This document shows positions 19,540 through 29,995 of a stretch of 64,000 nt of DNA, one piece after another. The notes below the pieces were generated by a model that was given only the letters and a program-made list of their open reading frames with translations, did not search any database and had not been told where the DNA came from. The DNA comes from Polyangiaceae bacterium (GTDB lineage Bacteria > Myxococcota_A > Polyangia > Polyangiales > Polyangiaceae), in contig JBILLK010000014.1 of NCBI GenBank assembly GCA_044376115.1, positions 1 to 64,000 on the forward strand, given 5' to 3'. Every line of letters begins with the position of its first letter. Position 1 is the first letter of the stretch. The translations under genes were made by a program, and so were the position numbers.

Positions 19540-20645
19540 GCGCGGAGAGCGCCTGGCTCGACCAGGCCAAACCGGTGCGCGCAGGCGAAACGGTCGATCT
19601 CGAGCGGCTCGCTGACTTCATTCGCGCAAAGCTGCTGCCAGAGCTCTCATCGCTGGAGCTCAAGCAGTTCCCGAGTGGGCATTCCAACCTCACCTACTTG
19701 ATTGAGGCGCACACGCCCTCCGGCCCGATCGAGTACGTTTTGCGTCGCCCTCCCCTCGGCAACAAGGTCAAGAGCGCTCACGACATGGGCCGAGAGTTCA
19801 CCATCCTCTCTGCCATTCGGCCGGCCTTCAGCAAGGTCCCCGAGCCTTTGGCCCACTGCGAAGACGAGGCCATTCTCGGCGCGCCGTTCTACTTGATGGA
19901 GCGCATCTCCGGCACGGTGTTGCGCCGCAAGCTCCCAGCCCAGCTCCGCCTCGAGCCGCCGCAGCTCCACGCCTTGGCCACCGCCTTCATCGAGACCTTC
20001 GCCGAGATCCACGAATTGCCGTATGAGCGCCTCGGCCTTGCGACGTTGGGTCGCCCGGAGGGCTACGTCGAGCGGCAGGTGCTCGGCTGGGCCAAACGCT
20101 ATGAAGACGCTAAGACCGACGACATCCCCGCGATGGTCGAGCTCGCGCAGTGGCTAACCGCCAATCAGCCGAAGCAATCGGCGGCGGCGCTCATCCACAA
20201 CGACTTCAAGTACGACAATCTGCTGTTTGACCCAGCCTCCTTCGAGAGCGCCGGCCAGGTTCTCGTGCGCGGCGTACTCGATTGGGAGATGTCGACGATC
20301 GGCGATCCGCTCATGGATCTCGGGACGGCCCTCGCCTACTGGATCACCGCCTCGGATCCGGCCCCTTTTCAGACCTACACGTTCGGCCCTACCAACCTCC
20401 CGGGAGGCCCCAGCCGTGAAGAGCTACTGGCTATGTATGACAAGCGGCGCCCGGGCCTCGTGCCCGACGACATGCGTTTTTACTACATATTCGCCTTGTT
20501 CAAAAACGCGGTCGTCGCCCAACAAATCTATCGCCGCTTCAAGCTGGGCCTCACCCAAGATGAGCGGTTTGGCATGATGATCTTCGCTGTGGGCATGCTG
20601 GCGAGCACCGGGCTCGAGGCCACGCACGGAGCGTTTCTACGATGA
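19536..20645 (+). CDS. APH-family phosphotransferase (LvaA-like)
   Basis: QFPSGHSNLTY, VLRRPP, AHDMGRE, IHNDFKYDN and LDWEMSTIGDPLMDLG. Confidence 0.9.
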   Translation: MSAESAWLDQAKPVRAGETVDLERLADFIRAKLLPELSSLELKQFPSGHSNLTYLIEAHTPSGPIEYVLRRPPLGNKVKSAHDMGREFTILSAIRPAFSKVPEPLAHCEDEAILGAPFYLMERISGTVLRRKLPAQLRLEPPQLHALATAFIETFAEIHELPYERLGLATLGRPEGYVERQVLGWAKRYEDAKTDDIPAMVELAQWLTANQPKQSAAALIHNDFKYDNLLFDPASFESAGQVLVRGVLDWEMSTIGDPLMDLGTALAYWITASDPAPFQTYTFGPTNLPGGPSREELLAMYDKRRPGLVPDDMRFYYIFALFKNAVVAQQIYRRFKLGLTQDERFGMMIFAVGMLASTGLEATHGAFLR

Positions 20646-21511
20646 AGCCCTGGTCTACGCAGAGTTCGCGACTCGTCTACTTCACGTTGTACCTAGTCGC
20701 AGTGGTGATCGCCGCCGTCGCCTACCGCCTATTGCCAGGTGAGCCTTCTATCCAGCGTCTGCTCTTGGCTAGCGCCATCGCCAGCGGCGCGTTGTTTGTT
20801 GCGGGGCTCTACCTCAAGAACTCCGGTACCTATGACGTCTATTGGAGCATCGTCCCCATTCTTTACGGCTTCTTATGGATGGGTGAAGCCAACGCCTGGT
20901 CCTCGCCTCGCGCGCTCTTGGCGTTGTTCGTCACGGTCTTTTGGGGGCTGCGGCTCACGTACAACTGGGCCCACCACTTCAAGACCTTCGACATAGAGGA
21001 CTGGCGCTATGTCGATCTGCGCAAGAAGACTGGCCGCGCCTATCCAATAGCGAGCCTATTTGCGCTTTACGGCCTGCCCTTCACCCTGGTCTCGCTCGGC
21101 ACCCTCCCGCTTCACGCGGCCATTCACAGCACCGCGCCGCTCGGCGCCTTGGACTACGCGGGCCTCGTGCTCGGCGTGGTGGCTACGGTGCTGGAGGCTG
21201 TTTCGGACGTCCAGCTCAGCCGCTTCCGCAAAGAGAACCGCGACCCGGCGAACTTCCTTCAGACCGGCCTATGGGCTTATTCGCGTCACCCGAACTATTG
21301 CGGTGAAGCGCTCTATTGGTGGGCCAGCGCGCTCTTCGGTCTGGCGGTGAGCCCGTCCTTCCTGATGTGCGCTGGAGCAGCCGGGGTTAGCGCGATGATT
21401 CTGTTCGCCAGCATCCCGATGGCGGAAGAGCGCGCCTTGGCCAAGCGGCCGAGCTTCGCCGACTATCAACGCCGCGTCTCCCGGCTGATCCCGTTCTTCC
21501 CGAGGAGTTAG
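20642..21511 (+). CDS. DUF1295 membrane protein (steroid 5-alpha-reductase-like)
   Basis: YDVYWS, WGLRL, EDWRY and GLWAYSRHPNYCGE. Confidence 0.88.
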   Translation: MKPWSTQSSRLVYFTLYLVAVVIAAVAYRLLPGEPSIQRLLLASAIASGALFVAGLYLKNSGTYDVYWSIVPILYGFLWMGEANAWSSPRALLALFVTVFWGLRLTYNWAHHFKTFDIEDWRYVDLRKKTGRAYPIASLFALYGLPFTLVSLGTLPLHAAIHSTAPLGALDYAGLVLGVVATVLEAVSDVQLSRFRKENRDPANFLQTGLWAYSRHPNYCGEALYWWASALFGLAVSPSFLMCAGAAGVSAMILFASIPMAEERALAKRPSFADYQRRVSRLIPFFPRS

Positions 21512-22290
21512 CGAAGGACGGTTACCGGCGCCCCCACAGCGATGGTGCCCTCCGCCGTCACCATCGCGTTCTGACCGAACATCACTTCGGCACCGCGCTT
21601 GCGGCTTTGCGCGAGAGCCGCGAGCACGCCGGGCGCTCGTACAGCACGGTCCGGATCGAGGTCCACGACCACACAGCGCGCGCACGGCTTGACCAACTCG
21701 AGCCGCACCTCGCCAATCGCGAGCTCTCGCCAGCTATCTTCGGCAAACGGCTCGGCCCCATCAATCACGAGGTTGGGCCGAAAGCGCCGCGCGTCGATCG
21801 GCGTGGCGACGGCGCTGGCGATGGCGGCCACCGAGGCGCTGGTCGCGACCAGCAGGGGAAAGCCGTCGGCGAAGGAGACCTCACCCTCGGCATACCGTGC
21901 GTCCACCGGCCGGGAGTAGCCGGCGCCAAGCTTCACCACACGCGCCAAGCGACCGAGGACGTGGGTGATGAAGCCGGCTGCCACCGGGCCACAATCCTCC
22001 GCCACCACTTCATCCTCCCAGACGCGGACCTTCACCGACGGGCCGGCCGCGCTCTCGATGCGCACCACTTCACCCGCGCCCGAGAGTTCAATCGACTCAT
22101 CGGAAACGTGCGAGCGAATCTTGCCGAGCTCGGGGTGCTCACGTTGGGAGAGGAAGTTACCGCGCTCATCCACCACCATCAGCACGCGGTCGAACGCAGG
22201 GCCTCGCCGGCCGATGAACACCTCGGGTACGGCGTTGCCCGCGCCGGACTTGAGCGGATAGACGGTTAGCGCGGCGACGCTAAGCTTCAT
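21508..22290 (-). CDS. MOSC domain protein (YcbX/mARC-like)
   Basis: VYPLKS, FDRVLMVVD, SFADGFP, RRFRPNLVI, KPCARC and FGQN. Confidence 0.9.
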   Translation of the reverse strand: MKLSVAALTVYPLKSGAGNAVPEVFIGRRGPAFDRVLMVVDERGNFLSQREHPELGKIRSHVSDESIELSGAGEVVRIESAAGPSVKVRVWEDEVVAEDCGPVAAGFITHVLGRLARVVKLGAGYSRPVDARYAEGEVSFADGFPLLVATSASVAAIASAVATPIDARRFRPNLVIDGAEPFAEDSWRELAIGEVRLELVKPCARCVVVDLDPDRAVRAPGVLAALAQSRKRGAEVMFGQNAMVTAEGTIAVGAPVTVLR

Positions 22291-22979
22291 TGGGCGTACG
22301 TTCGCTCGAGGTAGCGCACAATCTCGGCCGACTCGAACATTTCAACGTTCTCATTCGGGTCTACCAGATAGGGCACCATCATCTTGCCCGAGCGCGCCAC
22401 GAACTCGGCGCGGAAGGCGGAGCCCCTCCCGAGGTTGTGAAGGCGATACGGAAGCTCGAGCGAAGAGAGCGCCTCGCGCACGAGGCGCGAATAAGGAGAC
22501 ACCTCAAAGCTGTACAGCTCGAGCGGCTCCTTGGGTTCGCGCGAAGGTCGCAGCCTGCCCATCGTCGGTCGGAGGGCGCTGGCGGCCACCGAGCGCATCG
22601 TCGTGAGCGGCCCCAGGCGCAGGCCGAGCGGAACCTCTCCCGTGCCGTAGGTCTGCGCGAGATACTTCACGATCTCGTCGGACTCGTACATCTGACGCTC
22701 GCTGTTGGGATCGACCAGGAACGGGAACATCGCCTTTCCGCCCATCTCGACCACGCGCGGACGAAAGCGGGTACCGCCGGGCGGGCACGGATAAACCATC
22801 GCCCCAAGATCGAACATCGTGAGCGCCTCGCGAACCTTGCGGCAAAACGGGCACGCCTCGAACTCGTACAGCTCGAGTAGGCGAGCGGGAGTGCGTGCGT
22901 GCGTCGCGACGTTCCAGCCAAGGCCCCACGCAGCGGCGCTTACAAGCGATGAGCTGACCACGTCCACGGTTCGGTTCAT
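22287..22979 (-). CDS. Tandem GST N-terminal (glutaredoxin-like) domain protein
   Basis: Two repeats: LELYEFEACPFCRKVRE...PFLVDPN...ESDEIV and LELYSFEVSPYSRLVRE...PYLVDPN...ESAEIV. Confidence 0.88.
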   Translation of the reverse strand: MNRTVDVVSSSLVSAAAWGLGWNVATHARTPARLLELYEFEACPFCRKVREALTMFDLGAMVYPCPPGGTRFRPRVVEMGGKAMFPFLVDPNSERQMYESDEIVKYLAQTYGTGEVPLGLRLGPLTTMRSVAASALRPTMGRLRPSREPKEPLELYSFEVSPYSRLVREALSSLELPYRLHNLGRGSAFRAEFVARSGKMMVPYLVDPNENVEMFESAEIVRYLERTYAQ

Positions 22980-23070
22980 GGCGCGTTTATAGCCGCAATA
23001 TTCAATCTGACGACCCGTCACCGTCGTCTGGAGAACAATGATCAGTCAATGAACACTTCTTCACTTGCAC

Positions 23071-23093
23071 ATAATGAGTGAGTCCTCAATTAT
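23071..23093. promoter_or_regulatory. Candidate TetR operator overlapping the promoter
   Basis: Imperfect palindrome ATAATGAG-TGAGTC-CTCAATTAT in an AT-rich patch. It follows TTGCAC (-35-like, 23065-70) and lies 6 nt before the tetR ATG. Confidence 0.5.
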
Positions 23094-23099
23094 GCGGCG

Positions 23100-23783
23100 A
23101 TGGCACGACCCACCGTCATCCAGACAGAAAACATTCTCGAGGCGGCTCGCATCGTCTTTTTGGAGCGCGGAGTTCAAGCCACGAGCGCTGAGGTGGCTCA
23201 ACGCGCCGGCATCTCAGAGGGTTCCATCTTCAAGCGCTTCAAGACGAAGTCGGAGCTCTTTCAGGCAGCGATGGGGATGAACGTTGAAGATCTGCCGAAG
23301 GCCTTGGAGGTGTTGCCCAGCCTCGCCGGGACCAGCACCGTCGAGGAGAATCTGGTGCTGACCGCCCACCAAACCATCGGTTTCTTTCAACGGCTCATGC
23401 CGATCATGATGATGCGTTGGGCCAATCCGAAGAGCTGTTTGGTGGCTGAGTGCGGTGGGGATGAACCGCCTCCCCTTCGCGCTCAACGGCACGTCGCCGA
23501 CTACCTCGCGGAAGAAGTACGGCTCGGGCGGCTCGATGCCTCCGTTGATACGCAAACTGTCGCACGTGCGTTTCTTGGCGCGCTCTCGAGTTACGTATTC
23601 AGCGAGCTGATCGCGCAGAGCACCTCGAGCGTCCGCATCGAGTCGGACCGCTACGTCGAAGGCTATGTGCGCACGCTGCTACGAGGCATGGCGGATCCGC
23701 GTGACGTCGAGTTGGACGTCCTCCCCAAGTCGCAGAACCGCCGGAGCACGACGTCGCGGCGCGCCGACGTGCGGTCGGCCTAA
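23100..23783 (+). CDS. TetR/AcrR family regulator
   Basis: ILEAARIVFLERG...AEVAQRAGISEGSIFKRFKTKSELF. Confidence 0.92.
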   Translation: MARPTVIQTENILEAARIVFLERGVQATSAEVAQRAGISEGSIFKRFKTKSELFQAAMGMNVEDLPKALEVLPSLAGTSTVEENLVLTAHQTIGFFQRLMPIMMMRWANPKSCLVAECGGDEPPPLRAQRHVADYLAEEVRLGRLDASVDTQTVARAFLGALSSYVFSELIAQSTSSVRIESDRYVEGYVRTLLRGMADPRDVELDVLPKSQNRRSTTSRRADVRSA

Positions 23784-23826
23784 GAAGCTTCCAGTGGACG
23801 CCTGACCAAGCCTATTCTCCGCGCCG

Positions 23827-25344
23827 GTGAAAGACTTCGTCGCCCAGCTCTCGAGCGCCTCGGGCCAATCGCTCGGTCTGGTGTTTGCGGTAGCGCTGAC
23901 GGGGCTCGCGTACCTGCTCCTGCCCAAGGCGGAGGCCAAGTCGGCGAAGCAGCCGCTCTTGTTTTTGGTGGGCCACGTGCTGATGCGTGGGCTGCTTGGG
24001 CTGCTCCAAGCGCCGTCGTCGCTGCACACCACGGTCAACCTCGTCGCGCTGACGCTCCTGCTCTTGGCGGTGGGCCGCGCGGCGGTGTTGCTAGTCGTCG
24101 AAGCTCTGTTTGGTCATCGGCTCGGCCGGCCGCTGCCCAAGATCATCCGCGACATCATCCAAGCCGTCGTTTACTTCTTTTTGCTGCTGGCTTTCTTGCA
24201 ACAGCTCGGCGTTGAGCCAGGTCAACTGCTCACCACCAGCGCGCTGCTCACGGCGGCGGTCGGCCTCGCGCTACAAGACACGCTAGGCAACCTCGTGGCC
24301 GGTTTATCGGTGCAGGTTCAGCAGCCCTTTACGGTCGGTGATTGGATTCAGTTCGACACCGATCCAAAGAACGTCGGCCGCGTCGTCGAGATCAACTGGC
24401 GCGCCACCACGCTGCAAACGCTCGACGAGTTCCACGTCGTGGTACCGAATGGGCTGCTCGCCAAAGCTCCGCTGCGGGTCTTCACGCGACCGACAAAAGT
24501 CGTTCGTCGCAACGTTTATGTCCACGTCAGCTACGCGATTCCGCCCAAGCGGGTCCACAAGATCGTGCTCGAGGCCCTCAAAGGCGCGCAGCTTGTACTC
24601 ACGTCGCCGCCGCCCAACATCGTCACCCACAACTTCGATGAATCGGGCATCGAGTATTGGATTCGTGTCTACATCGATGACTACTCCAAGCGCGACATCG
24701 CCGACGGGGTCGTGCGCGACCGCCTCTGGTATGCCTTCAAGCGCCACGGGCTTTCGATCCCGTTCCCGCAGCGCGTGGTTCACGTGGAGCAGCACTCCGA
24801 TGAAACCCGAGAACGTGAGCAATCGGCGATCGTCCAGAAGCAGCGAGAGGTGTTGGCGAAGGTGGATTTCCTGTCGGTCATTCAGGACGATCTGCTGAGT
24901 GAGCTTGCAGCCCGTGCCAATACCCGCCTTTTCTCGACCGGTGAGCTGGTGGTTCGGCAAGGGGAGGAATCGTCGGAGCTCTTCATCGTTACGCGCGGAG
25001 AGGTCAGCGTCGTCCTAGCGGTGGAGAATGCCGAACGTGAGGTCTCTCGGCTGGGCCCAGGTCAGTTCTTCGGCGAGATGGCGCTGGTCACGGGTGAACG
25101 GCGCAAAGCCACCGTCAAGGCAGCTACCGAATGCGAGCTCTTGGTGATCACCCGCGTCGCTTTCGAGGAGGTCCTTCGCAAAGCGCCCGAAGCAGTCGAG
25201 GCGTTGGGCCATGTGCTCGCGCGGCGTCAGGTTGAGCTCGGCCATCACGAAGCGGAGATGTCGGTCGACGATCAGAAGCTCGAGGTCGAGCGTGAGTCCA
25301 ACGTGCTCATCCGCCGCATCAAGAAGCTCTTCTCGCTCGGCTGA
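23827..25344 (+). CDS. MscS-family channel fused to a cNMP-binding domain (bCNG-like)
   Basis: GLALQDTLGNLVAG, PFTVGDWI, INWRAT and IPFPQR. C-terminal VRQGE...FFGEMALVTGERRKATV. Confidence 0.9.
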   Translation: MKDFVAQLSSASGQSLGLVFAVALTGLAYLLLPKAEAKSAKQPLLFLVGHVLMRGLLGLLQAPSSLHTTVNLVALTLLLLAVGRAAVLLVVEALFGHRLGRPLPKIIRDIIQAVVYFFLLLAFLQQLGVEPGQLLTTSALLTAAVGLALQDTLGNLVAGLSVQVQQPFTVGDWIQFDTDPKNVGRVVEINWRATTLQTLDEFHVVVPNGLLAKAPLRVFTRPTKVVRRNVYVHVSYAIPPKRVHKIVLEALKGAQLVLTSPPPNIVTHNFDESGIEYWIRVYIDDYSKRDIADGVVRDRLWYAFKRHGLSIPFPQRVVHVEQHSDETREREQSAIVQKQREVLAKVDFLSVIQDDLLSELAARANTRLFSTGELVVRQGEESSELFIVTRGEVSVVLAVENAEREVSRLGPGQFFGEMALVTGERRKATVKAATECELLVITRVAFEEVLRKAPEAVEALGHVLARRQVELGHHEAEMSVDDQKLEVERESNVLIRRIKKLFSLG

Positions 25345-25351
25345 TCGAGCG

Positions 25352-27442
25352 TTATTTGCAAAGGCCCGTTTGTAACAAGCTCTCCTTGGCCTGCACACAA
25401 AGGCCACGCATGAAGAGAGGGTCGGGGTTGCGATCAAACGATTCGCGAAAGTTCTTGGCCGTCAGCTCCAGCGACGCGCGAACGCTATCGGACATGCTCT
25501 TCGAACACGCAATCACCGTGGCTAAGTAGTCATCGCACTCCCGAATCCCGGTGCCCTCGAGCGGAGGCCCAGCGGGCGATAGGGGACCTCCCTTGCCATC
25601 CGGAGCAACCGCAACCGACGGGTTAGCGGGCAGCGACGAAAACGGCATTAGCAATAGCAGGAGAGGTGCGTTGAGCGACGTCCACTCCAGCGCGATACCG
25701 CCACCATCCTCGGCAACGACCAACCCAACGGCGGAGGTGAATCGACGGTCGCCCTCGAGACGGACGGCCTCGAGCGGTAACTCGAGCGCTTCGATCGCCT
25801 GACGCCGCGCCGGTGGCTGCTTGAGCGCGACCTCCGCCAGCCGGGCCGCATCCACCCACATGAGCGCGTTCAATCGCTTGGGCAAGGCGCGCCGCGCACG
25901 ACCATGAGCGTCATCCTTCTTTAGCGTGTCCCGCCCTCCCCGCAACGTCGTCGCGATCGACTGAACCGCGCTTCGCTTTCCCACCGCGATCACGACGTGG
26001 GTGCGGTCCTCGAGCGAGACGGCAAGCTCGGGTAGGCCCTCTCCGCTCTTCAGCGGCGTCGCCGTGAAGCCACCTCGATCGCCCTCTACGACGTATTGGC
26101 CTTGGGTCTCACGCTCGAAGATCGCGCGCAGATCGCGCAGCCAATCTTCCGCCGCAGACGGGTCTCGAACCTCAATCAGCGCCGCGATCGAACCTTGCTC
26201 GAGCAGGCGAGAAGGGCCTGTAAGTGCCCGAGGATCGAACCCGGAGTCGGGCACGAAGCCGACCACGACCTCGGCTCCCAACGCCTCGAGCAGCGCGATC
26301 AACGTTCCGTCGTACTCGCGCTCCAAATCCGCCAGAAGCTGATGCGCAGCCCGGGACAACTCGGGGTCGAGCGCATCGATCGTACGCAGGATCTCGCGCG
26401 CCGCCTCCTTCGGGGCAGCCTCCGGTTGGCAGCTGATCGCCACGTAAGCGAGCGTGTCGTCAGGCAGGCGGTCCGCGAGCGTAAGCTCGCTCGGCTTGAA
26501 GAGAGCGGCGCCTTCGTAGATTGCATCTCCCTTCAATTCAACCTGCCCGGTCGTAAGCAAGCCCGAAGGGCCCCACTGAGCGCTCGCATACCAGGGGCCG
26601 GTTTGGTCGAAGAAATTGGCGCGAACACCGAGCGATGTCTCGGGATCCGCAAACACGAGCACAGCTGCACCACGTTCGAACCTGGCCTCGCGGAAACGTT
26701 CGCTGTCCGCTAGCGCGGCCTTGTCTCCTGCTGCCACACGCGCAACATCCAACGCCATCTCGCGGGTCCCAATCACCAGCAGCTGTTGCTTACGCAAAGC
26801 AACCACAGCCGTCTTGCCGCCAGCGCGGCTGGGCTTGTCGGAAGCTTTCGTGGTCGCGAGCGCTGCAAGCTGCTCGGTCAGCAGCTGCGCGTAGTCGAGG
26901 TCGGTGCCCACATCCTCTGCGGGCGCGGCCGTCACCTGATACTCGTACGCGCCGAATACGCCGTCACTCCGTTCAAAGCGGTCACTGCGCAGCAGCGTCT
27001 CGAGGCTCGCCTCGGAGGAAAATCGAACAAGCATAATCTGCTCGAAGCTCGAACCGCGCCGCGCCCCAATCGGTTCGAGCCCGCGCCCCGCGTAGGCCAC
27101 CGACTCGATGCTCTCAAGCAACTCTCTCGCGTTAGCACGGCTCAATCCGAAAGCGTCGGAGACAGCCCCTGCGAGCTTCTCGAACTCGGCCTTCGAGTCG
27201 ACCTCGTTTGCGTCGATGCCCTCGATACTCGCGGCCTGCGCGATAAACCAACGAGGGTCCGAAATCTCCACGAAGAGCTGGGCGTCACGTGGGCAGAAGA
27301 CCGCCAGCCGCGATTCCGCACGCCGGAACAGGAAGTGAAAGCCCACCGCGAGCGCGCTCACCAACAAAACAGCGAAGACTGCCACGACGAACGTGACAGT
27401 CTTCTTCGATCGAGTTGCAGGCTCGCCCACGTCTTTCTGCAT
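25352..27442 (-). CDS. Membrane-anchored DUF3352-like protein with C-terminal Cys-rich module
   Basis: N-terminal TM helix, LADRLPDDTLAYVA and C-terminal TGIRECDDYL...C...C. Confidence 0.65.
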   Translation of the reverse strand: MQKDVGEPATRSKKTVTFVVAVFAVLLVSALAVGFHFLFRRAESRLAVFCPRDAQLFVEISDPRWFIAQAASIEGIDANEVDSKAEFEKLAGAVSDAFGLSRANARELLESIESVAYAGRGLEPIGARRGSSFEQIMLVRFSSEASLETLLRSDRFERSDGVFGAYEYQVTAAPAEDVGTDLDYAQLLTEQLAALATTKASDKPSRAGGKTAVVALRKQQLLVIGTREMALDVARVAAGDKAALADSERFREARFERGAAVLVFADPETSLGVRANFFDQTGPWYASAQWGPSGLLTTGQVELKGDAIYEGAALFKPSELTLADRLPDDTLAYVAISCQPEAAPKEAAREILRTIDALDPELSRAAHQLLADLEREYDGTLIALLEALGAEVVVGFVPDSGFDPRALTGPSRLLEQGSIAALIEVRDPSAAEDWLRDLRAIFERETQGQYVVEGDRGGFTATPLKSGEGLPELAVSLEDRTHVVIAVGKRSAVQSIATTLRGGRDTLKKDDAHGRARRALPKRLNALMWVDAARLAEVALKQPPARRQAIEALELPLEAVRLEGDRRFTSAVGLVVAEDGGGIALEWTSLNAPLLLLLMPFSSLPANPSVAVAPDGKGGPLSPAGPPLEGTGIRECDDYLATVIACSKSMSDSVRASLELTAKNFRESFDRNPDPLFMRGLCVQAKESLLQTGLCK

Positions 27443-27469
27443 GCGCGTGAGCGGATGAGCCTAGCTCAC

Positions 27470-29899
27470 TCAGTTACACATGGGTGGCATGGACTCGAGC
27501 ATCTTCTTGCAGCTCTCCTCCAGCGCCGCCCGCCCAGCTGGGCTTGCCGCGCTGGTCTTGAACGTCTCCGCAGTATCGATCATCGTCTTGCGAATCTGGT
27601 CACCGCCCGACCCCATCTTGTCAGCACACTTGTACATTCGGGAGAGGTACGAATCGCAGTCTTTCATGCCCGTTACCGCCGGGCCTCCACTGCTACCACC
27701 CCCCGGGTCTCCGCCGTCTCGCTTCGGCAGTTCCTCGGAGTCTCCGTCTGTGCGCCGCCCAGGTTCGGGCTTCACCGCGTTCAGCAGGCCGACGAACCCA
27801 GCTACACCAAGCAACGGAGCATTCAAGGTGCTCACGTCAATCGTAAGCAGGTCGTCCTTGAACTTGAGGCGTGCGTTTGCAGCGATCACCATTCGGTTGT
27901 CGCCCTCCAGAACGATCGCATCGAGGCTGAAGCCCTTCTTCTTGAGCTCCTTCTTCATATCGTCGGCGTCTTCGAGCAGCTTCTTCCCGATCCGTCCTGC
28001 ATCGACAAAGAGGAAGGCCTGGCCCTTGTCGCCAACTGCGCTCAGCGCGTTCTTGTGAGCCTTGTCCGACTTGAGCGTGTCTCCTTCGCCTTTGAAGGCC
28101 TCCTTGGCGGACTCGACACGCTTCTTGCTGCCGATGACCACGAGGATGTGTTTCTCGTCCTCAACGGTCACTGACAATTGACCCGAGAAGAAGTCCTGCA
28201 GTTGCTCCCCAGCCTCTACGGTGAAGCCGCCGTCCTTCTTCTTGATCTCAACAGCTTCTTTGCCCTTTTCTTCGATCGTGTCCTTGAGGCCTTTGACAAG
28301 CTTCTCGGCCTTGTCCTTATCCTCGACGTCGAAGATCGCGATGAAGCCCATGTGCTCAGCAGCTTCCTTGGCTGCATCAAGCTTGCCCTGGCGTCCGCTC
28401 GATTTCATGAGCGTGCTCACGTCGACCTTGTTGTCTGACGCGATCGCCAGCACACCCTCATCGCCGACTGCGTCAATCAGCGTGTCGAGCTTGAAGCCAA
28501 CATTCTTGTCTAGTTCGTCAAGTGACTCCTCGAGCGCCTTGCCAGACGAATCACTGTCCGATTCAGCAGCCTTGATCAGCGCCTTTTGGACGGTCTTGCC
28601 GTCGCCTTTGAACTTCGCGGAGAACGCCAGGTACGCGATCGTATCTGCGGGAAGCCGCTCATAGAGCTTGTAGGAAGTCTCCTCAGCCATGAGATCATCA
28701 CTCTTCGGGACCTTCTTGCCCTTGAGCTCGACGTGACCGTTCATCACCAGGCCGCCGTCGTGGAACTTTACAGAGCCAAGCATCGGCCCGACGTCGCTGA
28801 AGAGATCCTTCTTGTCGGACTTGTCGGCGTACTCAGGATTCATGAAGAACAGAACGGAGCTGCCACTCTCCCACTTCGCCTTCTTGAAGGCTTCGTTGTC
28901 TTTCAGGCTCTCTTTTCCGTCCTTGATGATCTTGCCGACGTCTTCGACGACGCTCTCTTCACCGGCGACAAACAGCGCTTCATCCTCGAACCAAACCAGG
29001 ACCTTTGCGTTCTTGTCCTTCTTCTTCTTTTTGCTGTCGCCGTCGTCCTCGTCGTCGTCTCCTTTGGACTTCTTTTGCTTGGGGTCGCCGAAGTCGTTGA
29101 ACGCTGACTCAAACACGCTGAGTTTCTCGCGCTTGTCGGAGTCCACCTCCCTGCGCGTGATGGTGTATTGAGTGCCGCCTGCGAGCGAGCCGGACTTCTC
29201 GAAGCGCTTGGAGCCAAGCAGCGGCTCAACGACGCTCGCCTTGCTCATCTTGATCAGCGTGACTCCTTCTTTGGATGGGCCAAAGTCGTCATCTTTTCGC
29301 TCGATCCGTCGAGTGGCGACGGCGGCGGACTCAACGCCGGTGAGGATGTCCTCGGCCTCGTCCTTCTTCAGGTCGAAGGAGGACGCGAAGGCGTCGATGA
29401 TGTCCCCTTTGGACTTGTCAGCATCGAGCTCCTTCTCGTTGAAGACGTCCATCCCAATCGCATTGATGAGCGCCTTGGTGGTGCTGGGCACCTCAATGTA
29501 GGTCTCGGTGTCTTTGGGGGCATACTTCGCAAGCTTGGAGCCCGCCGACATGAACCAAAAGTACGCGCCGGCTCCGCCGCCGATCAGCACCACCGCAGCG
29601 ATGATCCCCGCAATGAGACCGGTCTTGCTCTTGCCGGCCTTCGGCACAGCAGGCGGCGCCCCCGGGGATGAAGCCTGCGTCGGGCCAGGCGGTCCACCAA
29701 AGCCCCCTCCGCCTGGAGGCGGTCCATAACCACCACCACCGGGAGGACCACCACCACCTGGAGGAGGGCCGTAGCCTCCGCCGCCCGGAGGAGCGCCTCC
29801 CGGAGGAGGGCCGTAGCCACCGCTACCAGGCGGAGCGCCGTAGCCGCCCGGTGGGCCGCCGGCGGTGTGAAGTGCATCTTGTCCAACAGGTCCGTTCAT
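27470..29899 (-). CDS. Paralog of the adjacent gene with a GGYGPPP-rich N-terminus
   Basis: GGYGPPPGG repeats, TM helix, LYERLPADTIAYLA and C-terminal TGMKDCDSYL...C...C...C. Confidence 0.65.
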   Translation of the reverse strand: MNGPVGQDALHTAGGPPGGYGAPPGSGGYGPPPGGAPPGGGGYGPPPGGGGPPGGGGYGPPPGGGGFGGPPGPTQASSPGAPPAVPKAGKSKTGLIAGIIAAVVLIGGGAGAYFWFMSAGSKLAKYAPKDTETYIEVPSTTKALINAIGMDVFNEKELDADKSKGDIIDAFASSFDLKKDEAEDILTGVESAAVATRRIERKDDDFGPSKEGVTLIKMSKASVVEPLLGSKRFEKSGSLAGGTQYTITRREVDSDKREKLSVFESAFNDFGDPKQKKSKGDDDEDDGDSKKKKKDKNAKVLVWFEDEALFVAGEESVVEDVGKIIKDGKESLKDNEAFKKAKWESGSSVLFFMNPEYADKSDKKDLFSDVGPMLGSVKFHDGGLVMNGHVELKGKKVPKSDDLMAEETSYKLYERLPADTIAYLAFSAKFKGDGKTVQKALIKAAESDSDSSGKALEESLDELDKNVGFKLDTLIDAVGDEGVLAIASDNKVDVSTLMKSSGRQGKLDAAKEAAEHMGFIAIFDVEDKDKAEKLVKGLKDTIEEKGKEAVEIKKKDGGFTVEAGEQLQDFFSGQLSVTVEDEKHILVVIGSKKRVESAKEAFKGEGDTLKSDKAHKNALSAVGDKGQAFLFVDAGRIGKKLLEDADDMKKELKKKGFSLDAIVLEGDNRMVIAANARLKFKDDLLTIDVSTLNAPLLGVAGFVGLLNAVKPEPGRRTDGDSEELPKRDGGDPGGGSSGGPAVTGMKDCDSYLSRMYKCADKMGSGGDQIRKTMIDTAETFKTSAASPAGRAALEESCKKMLESMPPMCN

Positions 29900-29995
29900 C
29901 GCTTCATCCTTCGAAGAGCGGGAGCCGCCCCCCGCGGCGCGGGAGACTACCCTATCCAAGAACTTTGTGCCGAGAACCAGCGGCGTTCGAGCGCA

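Noticed and set aside
26786..28174. 462-aa plus-strand ORF and similar long overlapping frames
   Set aside because: Antisense to well-supported genes and without motifs.
29670..29860. Repetitive GC-rich tract resembling an array
   Set aside because: Coding low-complexity GGYGPPP repeats. No CRISPR repeat-spacer pattern or cas genes were seen anywhere in the window.
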